From: Botryllus schlosseri
Lineage: Eukaryota
Assembly (NCBI GenBank): GCA_051294905.1
Contig: CM119378.1
Coordinates: 3,536,001-3,600,000 of the forward strand
Direction of reading: 5' to 3'
DNA length: 64,000 nt
Both the position numbers and the translations under genes were made by a program. The number at the start of each line of letters is the position of its first letter. The stretch's first letter is position 1. Of the stretch, positions 14,260-27,754 are shown piece by piece. The notes below the pieces were generated by a model. It was not told where the DNA came from. It did no database searches and worked only from the letters and a program-made list of their open reading frames with translations.

Positions 14260-15127
14260 CTGTAAACTATGATTTCGCAAACCGATACCGCAGAGAAGGG
14301 GTGGCCATTGGCAACCTTTTTGTCATTGACGGCCACATTTCGACTACTGATGTAGCCTACGGCCGCATTCCAGGGCATAGTCGTAATGAACTAGCTGGAC
14401 GCCAAATATCCATGTTAAAGTGTCTGTGGCCATTTCCGGTGAACTCCGGACTAAGCTATTTTATCATATAGGCTTACTATACGTATCAAAGTCGCGAGTG
14501 GTGACTGCGTGCTCATGCTACGGGACTGCCCATAGGCGCGCGAAGCGCGAAAATTTCTAGATATTACTATCAAGCGTTTATCCTTTCTTAGCCGATGTGA
14601 TCAGATTCACTGGTAAAGTTGATGGAGGAGGTGTTTTCTAAAATTTAGGGCAAGGTATAAATGATGATGCGTCTTCGGTGGGCCAATTGTTATTAGTCAC
14701 TTTGTTGAATGCCGTTGTTTCTTGACCTCCCACCGGGATTGTCGGTATAGTGAGGATTGAGAGTTTGTATTTCAATATGGGGCGAATCTGTACTGTGGGC
14801 GCTGATTGGAAAGGGCGCTACTATATATTAAAATCCGAAAATGAAGTTTCATTGAATCGCGCTTAGCGCAAAGAAAATTTCAAGATCAGTTAAATCTCTC
14901 AAGAAATCGGGAGACAATTCGTAAATTTTAATTGCATATCGATGGCCGCCAATACATAGGCTACTAATTAAAATACGTGTTCACCGCCGCACAAATTTCC
15001 TTCTACGGCCGCAGGTTGGCCATCCCTGCCGTATAGTTTCAATATCAGGAAGTATCGTGTAGTAAAATACATATTTTAGCGTTCAAAGTGGATAGAAGAT
15101 TGTTTCATGGCCATAACTGCGCGGTAC

Positions 15128-18100
15128 TCAGGTTCTCAGTGTCTCTAGATTTGAGTATTTTATCGCAGATTCCAACGACACGAAAATAACATCATCCACG
15201 TTTTCCCAGCTAGCTTTCAATGACGACTTAACATGATCTGAAACACAAAGACAATTGTTGACAGAACCAGGTGCAAATTCACTATCTCCCACCAGTGCAC
15301 GAGACAATCATCACAGCCAAACCGAGTCCCTGAAGCGCAACACAAACGCCCGTCAGTGTCCTGGCGCCGTCGCTATCCGTAAACGAACAGCGCACCATGT
15401 CTAATATCACAACCCGGTATGGCGTCGGCAAGAGAGCGGTATTTCTTTTCGTAATCATCGGAATATCAACTCGATTTTGACTCAAATCCGAGGTATTCAG
15501 ATTTTGCTCTTCGATAGACGAGGTCTCTCGGATTTGCTCCGAGGGGGAATCGATGTCATCTTCAGCCTCACGGCGCAAATTCAGCTTTACTGGATCGTAA
15601 CCCAAATGCCCGATTAGACTATCGTTAAACCTTCGAAAGCGAGGATATAGTCATGAAAAAATTTGCAACCGGTACTGTGAAAACGTATATTACCGATCTT
15701 TGTTTCCGAAAAAGAGAGGCCCCGTGAACTGATATATCAACAAATCCTTGTTGGATAAAGTGTGATACTTTTTGGTATTGCGATAAACCCCGCCTGCTAG
15801 TACTTTCCTCAGCGATATTCCTGGAGCTCTGGAAAGAGATTGGCTACTTATTAGCAGACACAAGTACCGATCAGTGATCACTGGGGCGATTTTTTTTTGA
15901 CATGACAAAAAAGTCAAAATTAGGTCAAAATTGTAGCGTTAGGTCAAAAAATGTCAAAATCTTTTACAAAGTTGAAACTTTTTTGCAACCTGCATTTCGT
16001 TTGTATCATAGATTTTGTACTGTCGGTGAGCTTATTGTTTGACATTTTACAGCTTGTAGGCTACGTTATAGGCCTACCGTTGTAGACGGCCCGTTGTCTG
16101 CTCATTGTGAATCATAAACATTCAAATGAAACAAATAGGTTGACATGGTGTTATGCTCAAAGCACCGCAATATCCCAATCGAAGCAAGACTGCGTGGGCA
16201 TTGCATGGTTCTTATATCAAGAAGCGCATGATGAAAAATTGTGATGTAGACACCATTGCCAGAATGAAGCAACACGGTTTGTCACCGGCAGTGTACGCAC
16301 AACTTCAATGTTGTCAGCCAACAACTGCTGCTGTTGAACGTTCTTTCTCCATTATTGGCAAGCTACTTAGTAAGGACAGACACTTTCTACCTGAGAATTT
16401 TTCGTTGTGCCACAATTTTTTTAATCATTTTTCCCATAACGCGTAATGTAACTACTAGAATTCTTCATGGGGCCAGATTTCGTTAAAATAAAGTTTTTTC
16501 ATGTAAAAATTTGTCAGTTTTTGAGGCAAAAAAGCTACTACTTCGTAAGGACAGACAGTTCCAACCAAAAACGAATATAAATAGTACAATTCTAACATTA
16601 TGTGGGAAAACACCTAATTTGCATACGTTAGGTCAACTTTGGTCAAAATTAAGATTTTCAAGGTCAAAAAGTTTTGATTTTTTAGGTCAAAATCTTTCGT
16701 TTTTAATTAAAAAAATTCGCCCTAGTGATCACGGTATATTGGGATTCATATATTCGTCTATTGAAAAGTGGAAAGTGAAGCAATCATACCAGGTAGCAGT
16801 GGACTTTCTGGAAATATGCATTTCAATAAGTTGAGAAGTTAGGAGCCTACTGCACTCTGGACCATATGAGCCAGCAAGGGTACAGGAGCAAAAGTGCTTA
16901 TGTTACACTCAAAACAACTGTAACTGTAGTCGGCTCATCGGTGACGTTGACGAAAGCGTCACTATATAGATTCGAGACGTCAATAATGTCATATATCGAC
17001 CTCCTCTTCCGTCACCTGCAACCTCATTTGTTTTTATCGCTTGTCATTTTTGTGTTTTCTTATATTACTTTTCATTAAGTGTACATGCCTCTTACTTACA
17101 TCGCCATGGTACCAGGTGAGCGTATGATTTCAAAGACTACTCCCAGTCGTTTCGATACCTTACTATCCTTTTATTGTATCAAATCGACTCAATACATATT
17201 GCTAAGGAGATTCTACTCCACATTGATTGATATCTGAGCAGCACCACACAGCACTACAGACCTTCGATTCTGAATATTTCAAGTACGCTAAACGCTATAC
17301 GAACAGAACATACCTTCTCATGCGAATTAATACAGTTAATATCGAAAAACCAACTCCAGTTACGAGACCAACTGAAACGCTTGATGATATAACGGCAAAA
17401 CACGCCACGATCCAAGTCACGGCATCGAGACGACTGATTCGCCAGAGATGTGGAACCTTGCACCACGAAAATAAATTAGTACAAATAATATGCAAACTTT
17501 TCTCTCGCACCTTTTTCCAGTACATGGTGACATGCCTGATGTTAACGATGATGATTGCGGCCAGCGCAGCCTGGGGTAAAGCTTCAAACAATGGTCCCAT
17601 CCATAACAACACAACAGCCACCACGATTGATGATAAGTATGATCCTAGCTGTTCGGTACAAAGCGTTCAATTAATACGCATGAATCTACTTCAGTGGTTC
17701 TCAAACTTTTTTCCGCGCCCGCCTTATTGTCATATTAAAAATGCAACCAGAATGCTAGCAATCCCAACTGATAGTTGGGAGGTTATGATTGTTGATGAGA
17801 GGAATCTCAAATGTTAAATTCGGACCATACACAGAACAGTAACGAAGAACTGTAGCAAAATCACGCGGACCGCAAAATTTTTTTCAGTTGGCCGCAGCTT
17901 CGCGCCCCCCCTTCTGATGCTTTCGCGCCATCCAGTTTGAGAACCACTTTTGGGTTTCAAGTATTTTATTCATCCATGTATCATGGGAAAGGAAACATGA
18001 AATTGAAAATAAATACATTCGCGACTTAGGTCACCTCGAATATAAATGAATATAAACGGATCAATACCCGCCATTTACGGTGGCGGGAACAAGATTGAAT

Positions 18101-21100
18101 TAAGCGATAAATATATAGGCGAAAATCACACACATGAAATGCGATAATAATTATAGAACAAGGTCAGGGAAGGACGGGACCAGTTCGCCGGAAGAACATG
18201 AAAATTAGGCAAAAGACCCCCACCACAAACACCACGGTACATGGTGACGGGGGCCGACAAATAACAAAACAAAAACAAAAAACAAGGAGCGAACTGGTGA
18301 GGTCCGACTGCAGGCATTACAAAGTAGCCATTACAGTGTTAGGTTTAACATATGAGGGGTGGAGGACTCCTCCCACTAGCATTTGTATACTTGATTTTCG
18401 GTACAAAAGTGTGGATTCTGTTCGACGTCCACTCCACACTGAGATGTTGGGCGAATGCCCGATAAATAGCCAGCCAATATGGACATTGCAATTTTCAGAC
18501 ATAGTAAGCTCGACTCAAATGATCAATGAAGACTCGATTTGAATGACAATGAAGACTCGATTTGAATTCGACTACCCGAATCGTGTTACCCACACTACCC
18601 AGCTGTGTCAGTGATCCCTAACCTGAATCCGAGACCACACTATATATCGCTGCAAAGTGAATTCCAGAAACTAATTGTCCGAAGCGACTTTTCCGAAATG
18701 GCTGACATTCCCTTCGATATATAGGCTACAGAATGCGGAATTTCGTACAAGATACTTTTAACATATCTCACCGCCATTGAATTCGTTAGCTACAACGATG
18801 TGAGCGATTTTGTCGTAGTGCAAATGACTAAAAGAAGCAACTTAGGCAACCAAAGCCAAAATATAATACATAATGCTCTGCCGTGATCATTGAAGCTGCG
18901 GAAGGAAAACGACCTGAGATTTGACTCCGACGCCGTCATTGATTGAGCTTCTGGACAGCGCTGGACCGCACGGGTAACACGAAAAGAACGATCCTAAGAT
19001 ATTGCACATCCCCAATGCTAAAAACTCCTGTGAAACACATACAACACGTCATTCTTACACACATTTATTGATTGCAGACGCTATTGCGGCCTTGCCTGAT
19101 TCGAGTCGATGTTGTACGAGTGTTTAATCGCATACATTCGACACAGTGATATCGCGATGGCGAAGGACGCGATGGCCACTGGTATGGAGTCAAAGAACAA
19201 GGCGACCACATCGCCTCCATTCGGAGCAGATAAAGCTATTCTGTTGAAATGTTGCAAAGTGGAAATTATTTGCTAGGTTATGTCCTACTAAAGGGATACA
19301 GCTTATCATTCATCGAATCCAATAGCTTATAAATAAATCCTCAAACAATTTTCGACGGGCATAAACCGTGATGAGGTTGATGATACCAAACGAGTCGTGT
19401 GCAATGTGCATAGTCCATTTAGCCGAGTGTTACGCAAATAGATGATTCGTAAATAATTCCGATTTCAAGGCTGAGATTGTCATTAATACTTGGACGACTA
19501 TTAGGTGGGTTCATCAAGCGAAGACTTGGAGAAAATGGAAATCAAAATACTCGGACTCCAGCGCAATATGTTGATGCCTGTCGTGCTGACGTTACACGTC
19601 TAGCCACATGGCAGGGGTAAAATCCAAGTTACGCTTCATAATTTAGAATTAGATCATAATCCTACAAGTGTGACAGAAAAACAACTTACGCCGATGGTAC
19701 AATTCCCACGGCATCAACATCGTATTTCGCGTGAAGTTCTAATAAATACGACAAACTGGTGGATATCGCGACAAGAAACAGTTCCCATGGAATCGGAATT
19801 CGCAGTTTCGCTTTATATCTCTCATTTATCGTCTGTGCAAGAAAGCATATCGATGCTGTTGGATAAAATTATATAAATAAGTCCGATAAAGCACCACTGG
19901 ATATACCTTTCCGATCATAAGGAACGTGACGCAAAGTATGGACACGATCAATGTTGCGATATTGGTATCGGAAATATTTCGGATCAATTCAACGAATATC
20001 TGGAAACACATACACAAACAGATCATAGGATCCACGATAGCGCGAAATGAGGGATACTAAAACGTTATATATGATCCGTTATACGTGATCCGAGTTCGGA
20101 ATATATCTATACCGGCTTTGAAGCGGTTGGGATCTCTCCAGATAAGCGTTTAGTTTAGTTTAGATCAGTGGTTCCCAAAGTGGGCGATTTTGAGAGAACG
20201 GAGACGAAAAAACTATTGCAGTAGAAGTATTATACATGTTATACTAGTTGAGTATAAGTGGATACAACCTATACTTGAATACTACGGCAAAGTATAAAGA
20301 TAAGGTTGATGATGACCTCGAGTACTCTGTATAGGAGGCGGTAAAGATATGGTAAGCTTGATAGGGGGCGATGAGTCAAAAAGATTTGGAAACAACTGGG
20401 TTATATCATGGAATTATCGCAGGTTGGACCCGCAGTGAAAATGATTGAATTATAGTAACTTAGCCTTATTTGATGTCATATTACATGGGATTACGAGAGA
20501 ATTCATTCGTGTTAAGCACCCGAGTTTTGTATGTATATTTGAAGAGCTTCTTGGAGGTACAGAACATTCAATATACAATTGAATTATATCTTTCAATTGA
20601 AATAAACCCGAATATATTCCTCTGACACTCGTCAGGGGTAATCGTCAGCAACTATAATAGAGAATTGGAAAGAGCATTGTATATCAACAATATTTTGACC
20701 CACTTTTATAAATCCAAAAGGCGCGCTCTGTCTGTCAATTTTGATTCCGAATAACTTGGAGAGCTGCGTCGCTATCACCACAAACGCAGATCCGCAAAGA
20801 AAACCAGACAGCAAACTTTCCGATAGAAATGCTGCGACGACTCCCAAATGGCAAATGTGCATCAAAACCTAAACGATGCGTTGTTAGGAGCATATAACAT
20901 CGCTTAGAGCAGGGCTCTTCAACCGGGTGTATCGTACACCCCAGGGTGTTTCAAAATTTTAAAAGGGTGTACCACTCAGATGGGGTGTACTGCGGTGTAC
21001 CAGATCTTCATTAAAATGGACCAAAGTTACCACAACAAATATCATACCATGTTCATATCAGCTGTACGCAGCTTGTAAATTACATTCCTTTTCTGATGCC

Positions 21101-24100
21101 ATATAGGCAAACGCTTTTGTTTGTCATTTATACGTTGGTAATAGACTTATTGGATATTTTTGGAGTAGAACAGGATGGAGTTGACCTATGTTCAGTTCTC
21201 AGCTTCCGAAATCGGTCTATAATGATTCTTGAGGAAATCACCGCGAGATGATCCCGCGAGATGATCAAAGAATCCCCAGAAAGCGTTCGAAATCAACAAA
21301 CACCGTGAAGCAGATTTTCGCCCGAAGCAGAAGCTAAAGAGAAGATCGGTTCGTCAAATGATGTAGATCCTAAATCGAACCCAAACCGATAACGTTGCAA
21401 GAGAAAGTCGTCGGAATGCCGGACAAGATCGCGGGATCGAGCCCCGATTAGTATTTAGTATTTCTAATACGTTGCAGTCTTGCTCGCCCTAGTTTCTACA
21501 GGCAACAGGTGGCCTACCTACATACGTACGGTCACATGCAGCCGTCAAACAATAATCATGCGGCCATCTACACATAATTAAATTAGCGTGTGTAGGCGAC
21601 CGTCAATATGCAAATTGAATTTACGAATCGCTTCCCAAATCTCTGGGAGATTTTAATTAAACTTTGAAACTTTATTCACCCTTGGCGAGATTCAAGGTGA
21701 TTTGTGTAATTTTTAGTTTTTAATATAATAATGAAATCTGAGCCCCACCGTACAAATGCGAAGCACAGAGGAGAATGATGCATCCCATAAAGAAATACAA
21801 AGTCGGAATCGATTGCGTCTCACGAATGGAGGTTATTCTCGTACGTTTGGACGATTCCTTTATAGATTTTGACTATGCCTACAATCCTGATGGGAGGTCA
21901 AAAAGAACGACATATGCAACAAAGTGATTTGTAAAAAACGGAACATGCATCATTTCTTTCGTGGCCAAAATATCCGAAGACACCGCTTCATCAACTCTAC
22001 CGTTTAATCCAGTGGTTCCCAACCTTTTTCGTCTCGTGCCCCCCTTTGCCGATATTTGAGCTAAAATTCCCCCCCCCCCCCTATGAAAAAGTTGCCTGTG
22101 AGTAAAAAAACGTGCTTTTTAATGCGCAACCATGTGTTGACTGAGCAATTAATGGCCAAACATAATCAGATATGTCCGACCTATATGGCGAGTGCGGACC
22201 GCACTAAACTTTGGTAAAGTACAGTCAAATTTGACCTGTTTTTGACCGATCGGGTAGCCGCTGACGAAAAATGAATCACCAAGTCTGCTTGCTATGGACT
22301 TGAGTTGAATCGATGAATTTGGTACGGTATGTTTTTCACGTTGGCTCATATGTTGGCTTAAAAAGTTAAACAATTTTACTAGCGGCCTAGTGCTGAATTC
22401 GGCTTGACGTTTTCCTGCTTAGTAGCAATTTGGTCGAGAGGCTGTCGCGGACCCAACGAAATCGTCTCGTGGGCCTCACTTTATCAGGGGGTGTAATAGC
22501 TATGGAAGGAATTTAAACATATACCTAGCTTGAAATCCGCCAAAGAAACAGACAATTGTAAAGAACTAATTTCTACTTAACAATTCTATACCATAAAAAT
22601 CTAAAAACCTTGTGAATCCAGTGTATCTATCTTCCGACACAATACCAAAGCCAGATTTCCCACAAAAAATTAAGCCAGATTCCCCCTAAAAATTAAGCCA
22701 GATTCCCCCCTAAAAATTTCAAAATTCCCCCCGGTTGGGAACCACTGGTTTAATCTGATCAAGTGGGCTAAGAATGGATGAATATTTGACAGTAATATAT
22801 GGAACAACCAACAACATCGACAAAACTAAGTTTCCAGGCAGAAATGGAATCCAGATAACTCTCCCTAGCATTTACACTCGCGATTTTGCTATATAGATAG
22901 TAAGCCTGTGGTGGTGTTGTGTTGCTACAGTTAAAGAAAATTATACCGGTAAACAGGGTAGCCTATATGTCAATAAATCAGTGATGGCACAGAAAACCGC
23001 AAGGGCTTTCCGAGGTGCGAAGTTCCCAGTAACCTATTTAACTTGAGTATATGACGTCCAGATATGCCACGACGAATATCCGCCTGAATACGGCCGTCTG
23101 TCAGGGTTCGGGAACCTTTTTCGTCAAAAGAGCCATAGTTATCCAATATTTCCAATTGTTATTGCCAAAGAGCCATACGACGATGCCAATCAACTGTCAC
23201 GTCATAATTGAATTTTTGTGACGTCATGGTAACATGATATCGAAGTTCACTGCATAGGATTCGTTATTTGATGTTACTAAACCCGCGCCCGCACTGATCA
23301 AGCCGGCCATTTTAGCATGAAATACTTTAGCTTAGCTATAGGGGTCGGGAACCCTTTACAAGCTACATATTTTCATATGATGTGTGATCTTCTTCGAAAC
23401 TAATTTGAATTTGTAATTGGGAATGTCAATGTCACTTCCAAGGATGTTCATTTCTCGCCGATGATATATGATATTCTTCGAAACTATAATTCTAATTTGA
23501 AATTGGGAATGTTAATTCCAAGGAAGTTCATTTCTCGACGATGATATATGATAGTTTTCGAAATTAACTTGAATTTGTAATTGGGAATGTCACTTCGAAG
23601 GAAGTTCCTTTCTCGCCGATGATCAAGAAGACAATGTAGATTTCAAAATTGCATTATCTCACCCATCAATCAACACATCGCGCAATCCAAGATTTGAAAG
23701 CCTGCGATAATGGGTACGGCGAATTCGCGTGTGGCTGACCGCCGCAACAGGAACTTTTTTTGAAAGTATACAAACTTCGTATCGAACTCCACAGACTATA
23801 GGTTTGTCCGGTGTAGACCCCTAACTAACTTGAAGGTACCGTATTTTCCGCATTATAGCAAACAACGATCATATTAGACTGATAAATGAGCAATTCAGCG
23901 GACAATTTCGGAAATTTTTTTTAGGAATTTGAAAAGGGTTGGTTCTAAGCCCCTAAAACCCCCCATGTATACGCCACTGTGTTGCTTCGCTGCGATCAAA
24001 AAAACAATGACTCGGGCCGTTTCAAACGTCTAGGTTGCAGCACAATCTATGAATAAGACGCGAATTAAGTGCAATATTGAAAATTTATAAAAGAGAGCAA

Positions 24101-25530
24101 TGTTATATCACCACAAGAGTCATATATGGATCGCGAGCCATAAGTTCCCGACCCCTATATGTAATCAAAATACGGCCGTGAATAGAAAAAGACCCCGGGA
24201 TAAGGCTTACTATATACGGAATGATATGGCCAGGGGTGTACAAGGAAAAGGTTGAAGATCTCTGGCTTAGAGAATTTACCCACCTGCACCAGTCCGACAC
24301 ATAACGACAAAGCAGAGCAAACTTCGATCATTCGATTGTCGTATTTTTGCAAGCAATCAGTATCCGCAGTGGTGGTATTCGCAGGAATTGACATTGTTGT
24401 ATATCCGGTTGAAAAATGAGCCCGACTTATCGGGCTAAATGTGGTAGATGACGTATATGGTCCGCAATAGTCAGAGGGTACATGCTGTAGCGCAGGTGTC
24501 AAAAAAGGATTTTAGAACAATGTAAAAGACGGGACACAGGATCACTACCGCGAGCTTTGGCTCACGATTGCAAAAACAGTGTGTATTTACTCCTTAGAGG
24601 TGGTACACGAAAAAAGGACCCCAAATATGAAAAAAAGTGCAGGCTATATCGACGTAGCATGTTATTTATCAATTCCCGATCCTGTGCATTGCCCTTATCG
24701 AAAAAGGATAAAAACAAAAACATGAGTTTTGGAAATAAATTATACGATTATCAGCTATTTCACAGCCACTGCCCACCTGCGTCAACACACTGCTCACTAT
24801 AACACTGACGATCGCAAACGTACCCATTGATATGTGCTTCGACGTGCCAAAAATCGGATACATTAACACCGGAAACGAGGACACATACAAACCAACGACT
24901 GGCGGTAAGGACGCCAGCTGCGCGTACGCCAGGCCTGAAGCGAAAAAAAATGTTTTATCCTAGTGACCAACAGAAGTTTCTTGAGACTAACCCTGCGGGA
25001 TATGAACCACTCCGACTGTGAGCCCGGCCGTTACATCCCCGAACGCGTCTCTCTTCAAACTGTACCTTGGCAACCAATCGACTATGGGTAATCGGCTCTT
25101 GATTAAACCCCAGCAATGTTTTCCTACGATGCAAAATGATGCGATGATAGAAAACTCCGCATACGAAGCATAGAGGAATCAATTGAGCATAACGGCCGGC
25201 AAGCATCGGGTTGTTCAAAGATGGTTTCGGACGGCAATTTCTACTATTCACTGTTGTAAGAAGTCGTGGTGGTCGGGTTCAGAGGGTACTTTGAAGAAAA
25301 CTCGGCTTGATTCGGGTGGAACAGAAATATTTCAGAACTAGGCGATTCATCCAGTCAATAAATCTCTATGAAACCAGAAAAGATTTGAATAACTCACTAG
25401 AGCTGCATTTGGTTCGAAAATTTTCAAGTATTCTTTCTTTCGATTCGCTTCTTGGCTTTCGGAATTTATCGTCCAGGTCACATTCTCTAAATATTTCACT
25501 TTCCTCTTCTGCAACGACCGCCTTTCTCAT
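15128..25530 (-). CDS. SLC26/SulP family anion transporter with STAS domain, paralog B; 14 coding exons, ~715 aa
   Basis: Exons (minus): 25398-25530, 24992-25123, 24777-24934, 24284-24484, 20704-20868, 19907-19999, 19690-19832, 19096-19240, 18914-19027, 17511-17648, 17314-17456, 15694-15828, 15293-15630, 15128-15237. Total 2148 nt, in frame; GC-AG intron at 19028-19095. Motifs: [79 protein letters not shown]. Confidence 0.93.
15872..16733 (+). mobile_element. Non-autonomous hAT-like element with a transposase C-terminal (dimerisation-like) remnant, copy 1
   Basis: TIR CAGTGATCACTGGGGCGA / TCGCCCTAGTGATCACG; internal ORF 16153-16446 [28 protein letters not shown] resembles the hATC PxTxxxxERxFS motif; second copy at 29433-30198. 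Confidence 0.75.
17693..17948. mobile_element. ~260-bp Charlie-like MITE family member
   Basis: CAGTGGTTCTCAAAC...GTTTGAGAACCACT; homologous copies at 28891-29157 and 32193-32442. Confidence 0.75.
20166..20398. mobile_element. Short hAT-type MITE
   Basis: CAGTGGTTCCCAAA...TTTGGAAACAACTG termini with a degenerate TSD. Confidence 0.5.
22010..22747. mobile_element. hAT (Charlie-like) MITE nested in an older repeat
   Basis: TIR CAGTGGTTCCCAACC / GGTTGGGAACCACTG; perfect TSD GTTTAATC. The interrupted host sequence occurs uninterrupted and inverted at ~14550-14650. Confidence 0.85.
23102..24157. mobile_element. hAT-like element containing three ~80-84 bp tandem units (23386-23623)
   Basis: Termini CAGGGTTCGGGAAC / GTTCCCGACCCCTA with GAGCCATA subterminal motifs; internal units start at 23386, 23470 and 23550. 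Confidence 0.55.
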
Positions 25531-26873
25531 TGCATCAGTTTTCCCGTCATACCGAAGTATATATAAGTATATATTATTCAATGGTATGCACAAGTTCTGT
25601 ACCGAAAAGAATCGCTACCGATGTATATGTACCAATACGTAAACTGAAAGCGATATTATTCGATAAATAGTATGCGTATTGCCGGAAATCGCATGCTGGG
25701 GATTTCCCTGCAGTTAAAGGCGATGTCAAGGTCGCATATAAGCCCCCGAGACTCACTTTAGAGTTACAGCCAATGCTATTGCAAGAATGGACGTACAGTA
25801 GGAGTACAGTTTACTTAACGGCGAATATGAGTTTAATTAGCTCAATCTTCTATATATAGAAGTTCTATATATCCCTGGCTCAATCCTAGACATATCACTA
25901 CTCCTCTTGAACTGAATCACTATTCTATTCACTTTGCTGTGATTCCACCAAGTTTGAAGTAGCCTACGAAACGCAAAGTCACGAAGTAGCATTTCCTTCA
26001 CTCACGCGTTTTATCTGGTACAGTTGCACTGTCGTGTATACTGGTAGGCAAAGTCCGCTGCCTTACTGCTTTGTATGTTTGTAGTGTCTGGTCTTTGACT
26101 AAGCGATGGAGCGTGATAACAGCGTGTGTCAAATATCGGCGTGAATCACGAACATGACGATGTCGTCGACTTGTGTTGAGTTGACAATGGCGCGCCCCCA
26201 CTGAATAAAACTATATTGTGTCGGAAAATCATGTGACAAGCTGGTCATTTTATGTGAAATCATAGTGTCCTATAGGTGAAATAAACCCCGTACTAGCGTA
26301 GCAGTCATTTTAATTTCTCGTCAATTGAGGTCACGACCCCGAAAATTTCCATGACTTCTTTACCTACGATATGATCAGGGCGGAATACAAGAAAACGCAC
26401 CGCTCTACCAAGTATGCCGAACCTCAAGTGTGGATTCAGCTTCTCGCCGGCTATCTGACAGTGGTCGAGCATGTCCAGTGTCCACATTCAAGTCGAAACA
26501 CAAGCAATATATACTGAATGGACACCAGTCAGCCAATCAATCTGACATATCAACCTCGCTTATCGACAGACGTCATCCATTTTCATGGGCCGGGCGGACT
26601 GCACACTCCTGATTGAGCTCTATTAATCAAACACCTTCCGTGACTTACCGATAGCAATTAAAAGCATGTTGAGAAAAGACATTGCGTAGACCTACTGAAT
26701 GAAAATCACACAATACGTAAGTTATAAAAGGAATGGCTTGTTTCCACGGTTTTCTTCAGCGCCAGGTATTTTGACGCCTCGAGACATCAAAGTCTAGCAA
26801 GGACCTGAGGGTGTCAACACATTCGCGGTAATGGTTGTTTCTTAAGTATAACGCCACGAAACGTCACCAAAGT

Positions 26874-27754
26874 CAGTGTTGGGAACGAGCCAATTCCATC
26901 GAGTCACAAGTCATCTCCAGTCATTGCAAATTTTGACTCGAGTCAAGTCCATTCAATCGATATCCGGAGGTGACTAGAGTCAAGTCAATCCAAGTCATGA
27001 GATAATTGGAGCCTTTTCGAAGTGCGAGGCATGATGAGGCATTCGTGGTGTGTTGGACTGATAAAATTGCTAATAAACCAATGATGAAGATGATTAACAG
27101 TCACTGCATTATTTTGCTATCTGATTGAAATACAGATTGAGTCGCCATAAATTTTGTGTCGAGCTCGAAGAACGATCACAGAGGTAAATATACAATGCTA
27201 AAAGGCGTAGTATCGCTGACGCATGCGTAGAACTGCTATGCTACGTCTGTAACTGAGTGTACGTACGTCGTACAGCCTCAGTGTATAATTATCAACCAAA
27301 ATAGAGAATAGGCCTAGAATACGAAACAATGGAAACATAGAAAGTCGAAACGAATTGATATGATGCATTACTTCAACATACCCAGATACTTCGCTAATAG
27401 CTTAATTACTACTAGTTTACGACTATGTAAGCAGTAAGTTCCGAGGTCAATTCATGTGTTGTGTGATAGAGTAATGGAGGATCAGTAAAACGCACAATCA
27501 TTGGATGATTGGTCACTTCCACTGATCCCACAGCGTATCACAAACAATCCGAACATGTGCATTGTGCAAGGTAGGCCTACAGCTATTTTTATCGACACCG
27601 ATTACTCGATGATTTGAAATTGACTCGTAAATTTTGCTCCGAGTCACTATAGTCAATCCACATTTCAAGTCAAGTCAAGTCAAGTCAAGTCATTTTCGCA
27701 AAGTGACTCGAGTCAAGCTATACCAGAATGTCGACTCGCGTCATCCCAACACTG
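26874..27754. mobile_element. hAT MITE with (CAAGT)n subterminal repeats
   Basis: TIR CAGTGTTGGGA / TCCCAACACTG; TSD ACCAAAGT/ACGTAAGT (6/8); (CAAGT)5 at ~27667-27691. Confidence 0.75.

Noticed and set aside
17227..17817. 196-aa plus-strand ORF (and 1956-2402, 31109-31813, 36167-36463)
   Set aside because: Antisense shadows of the real minus-strand SLC26 and WBP11 exons.
23386..23623. Three ~80-bp repeats as a possible CRISPR or ncRNA array
   Set aside because: The whole unit repeats with no spacers, and it lies inside a hAT-like element.
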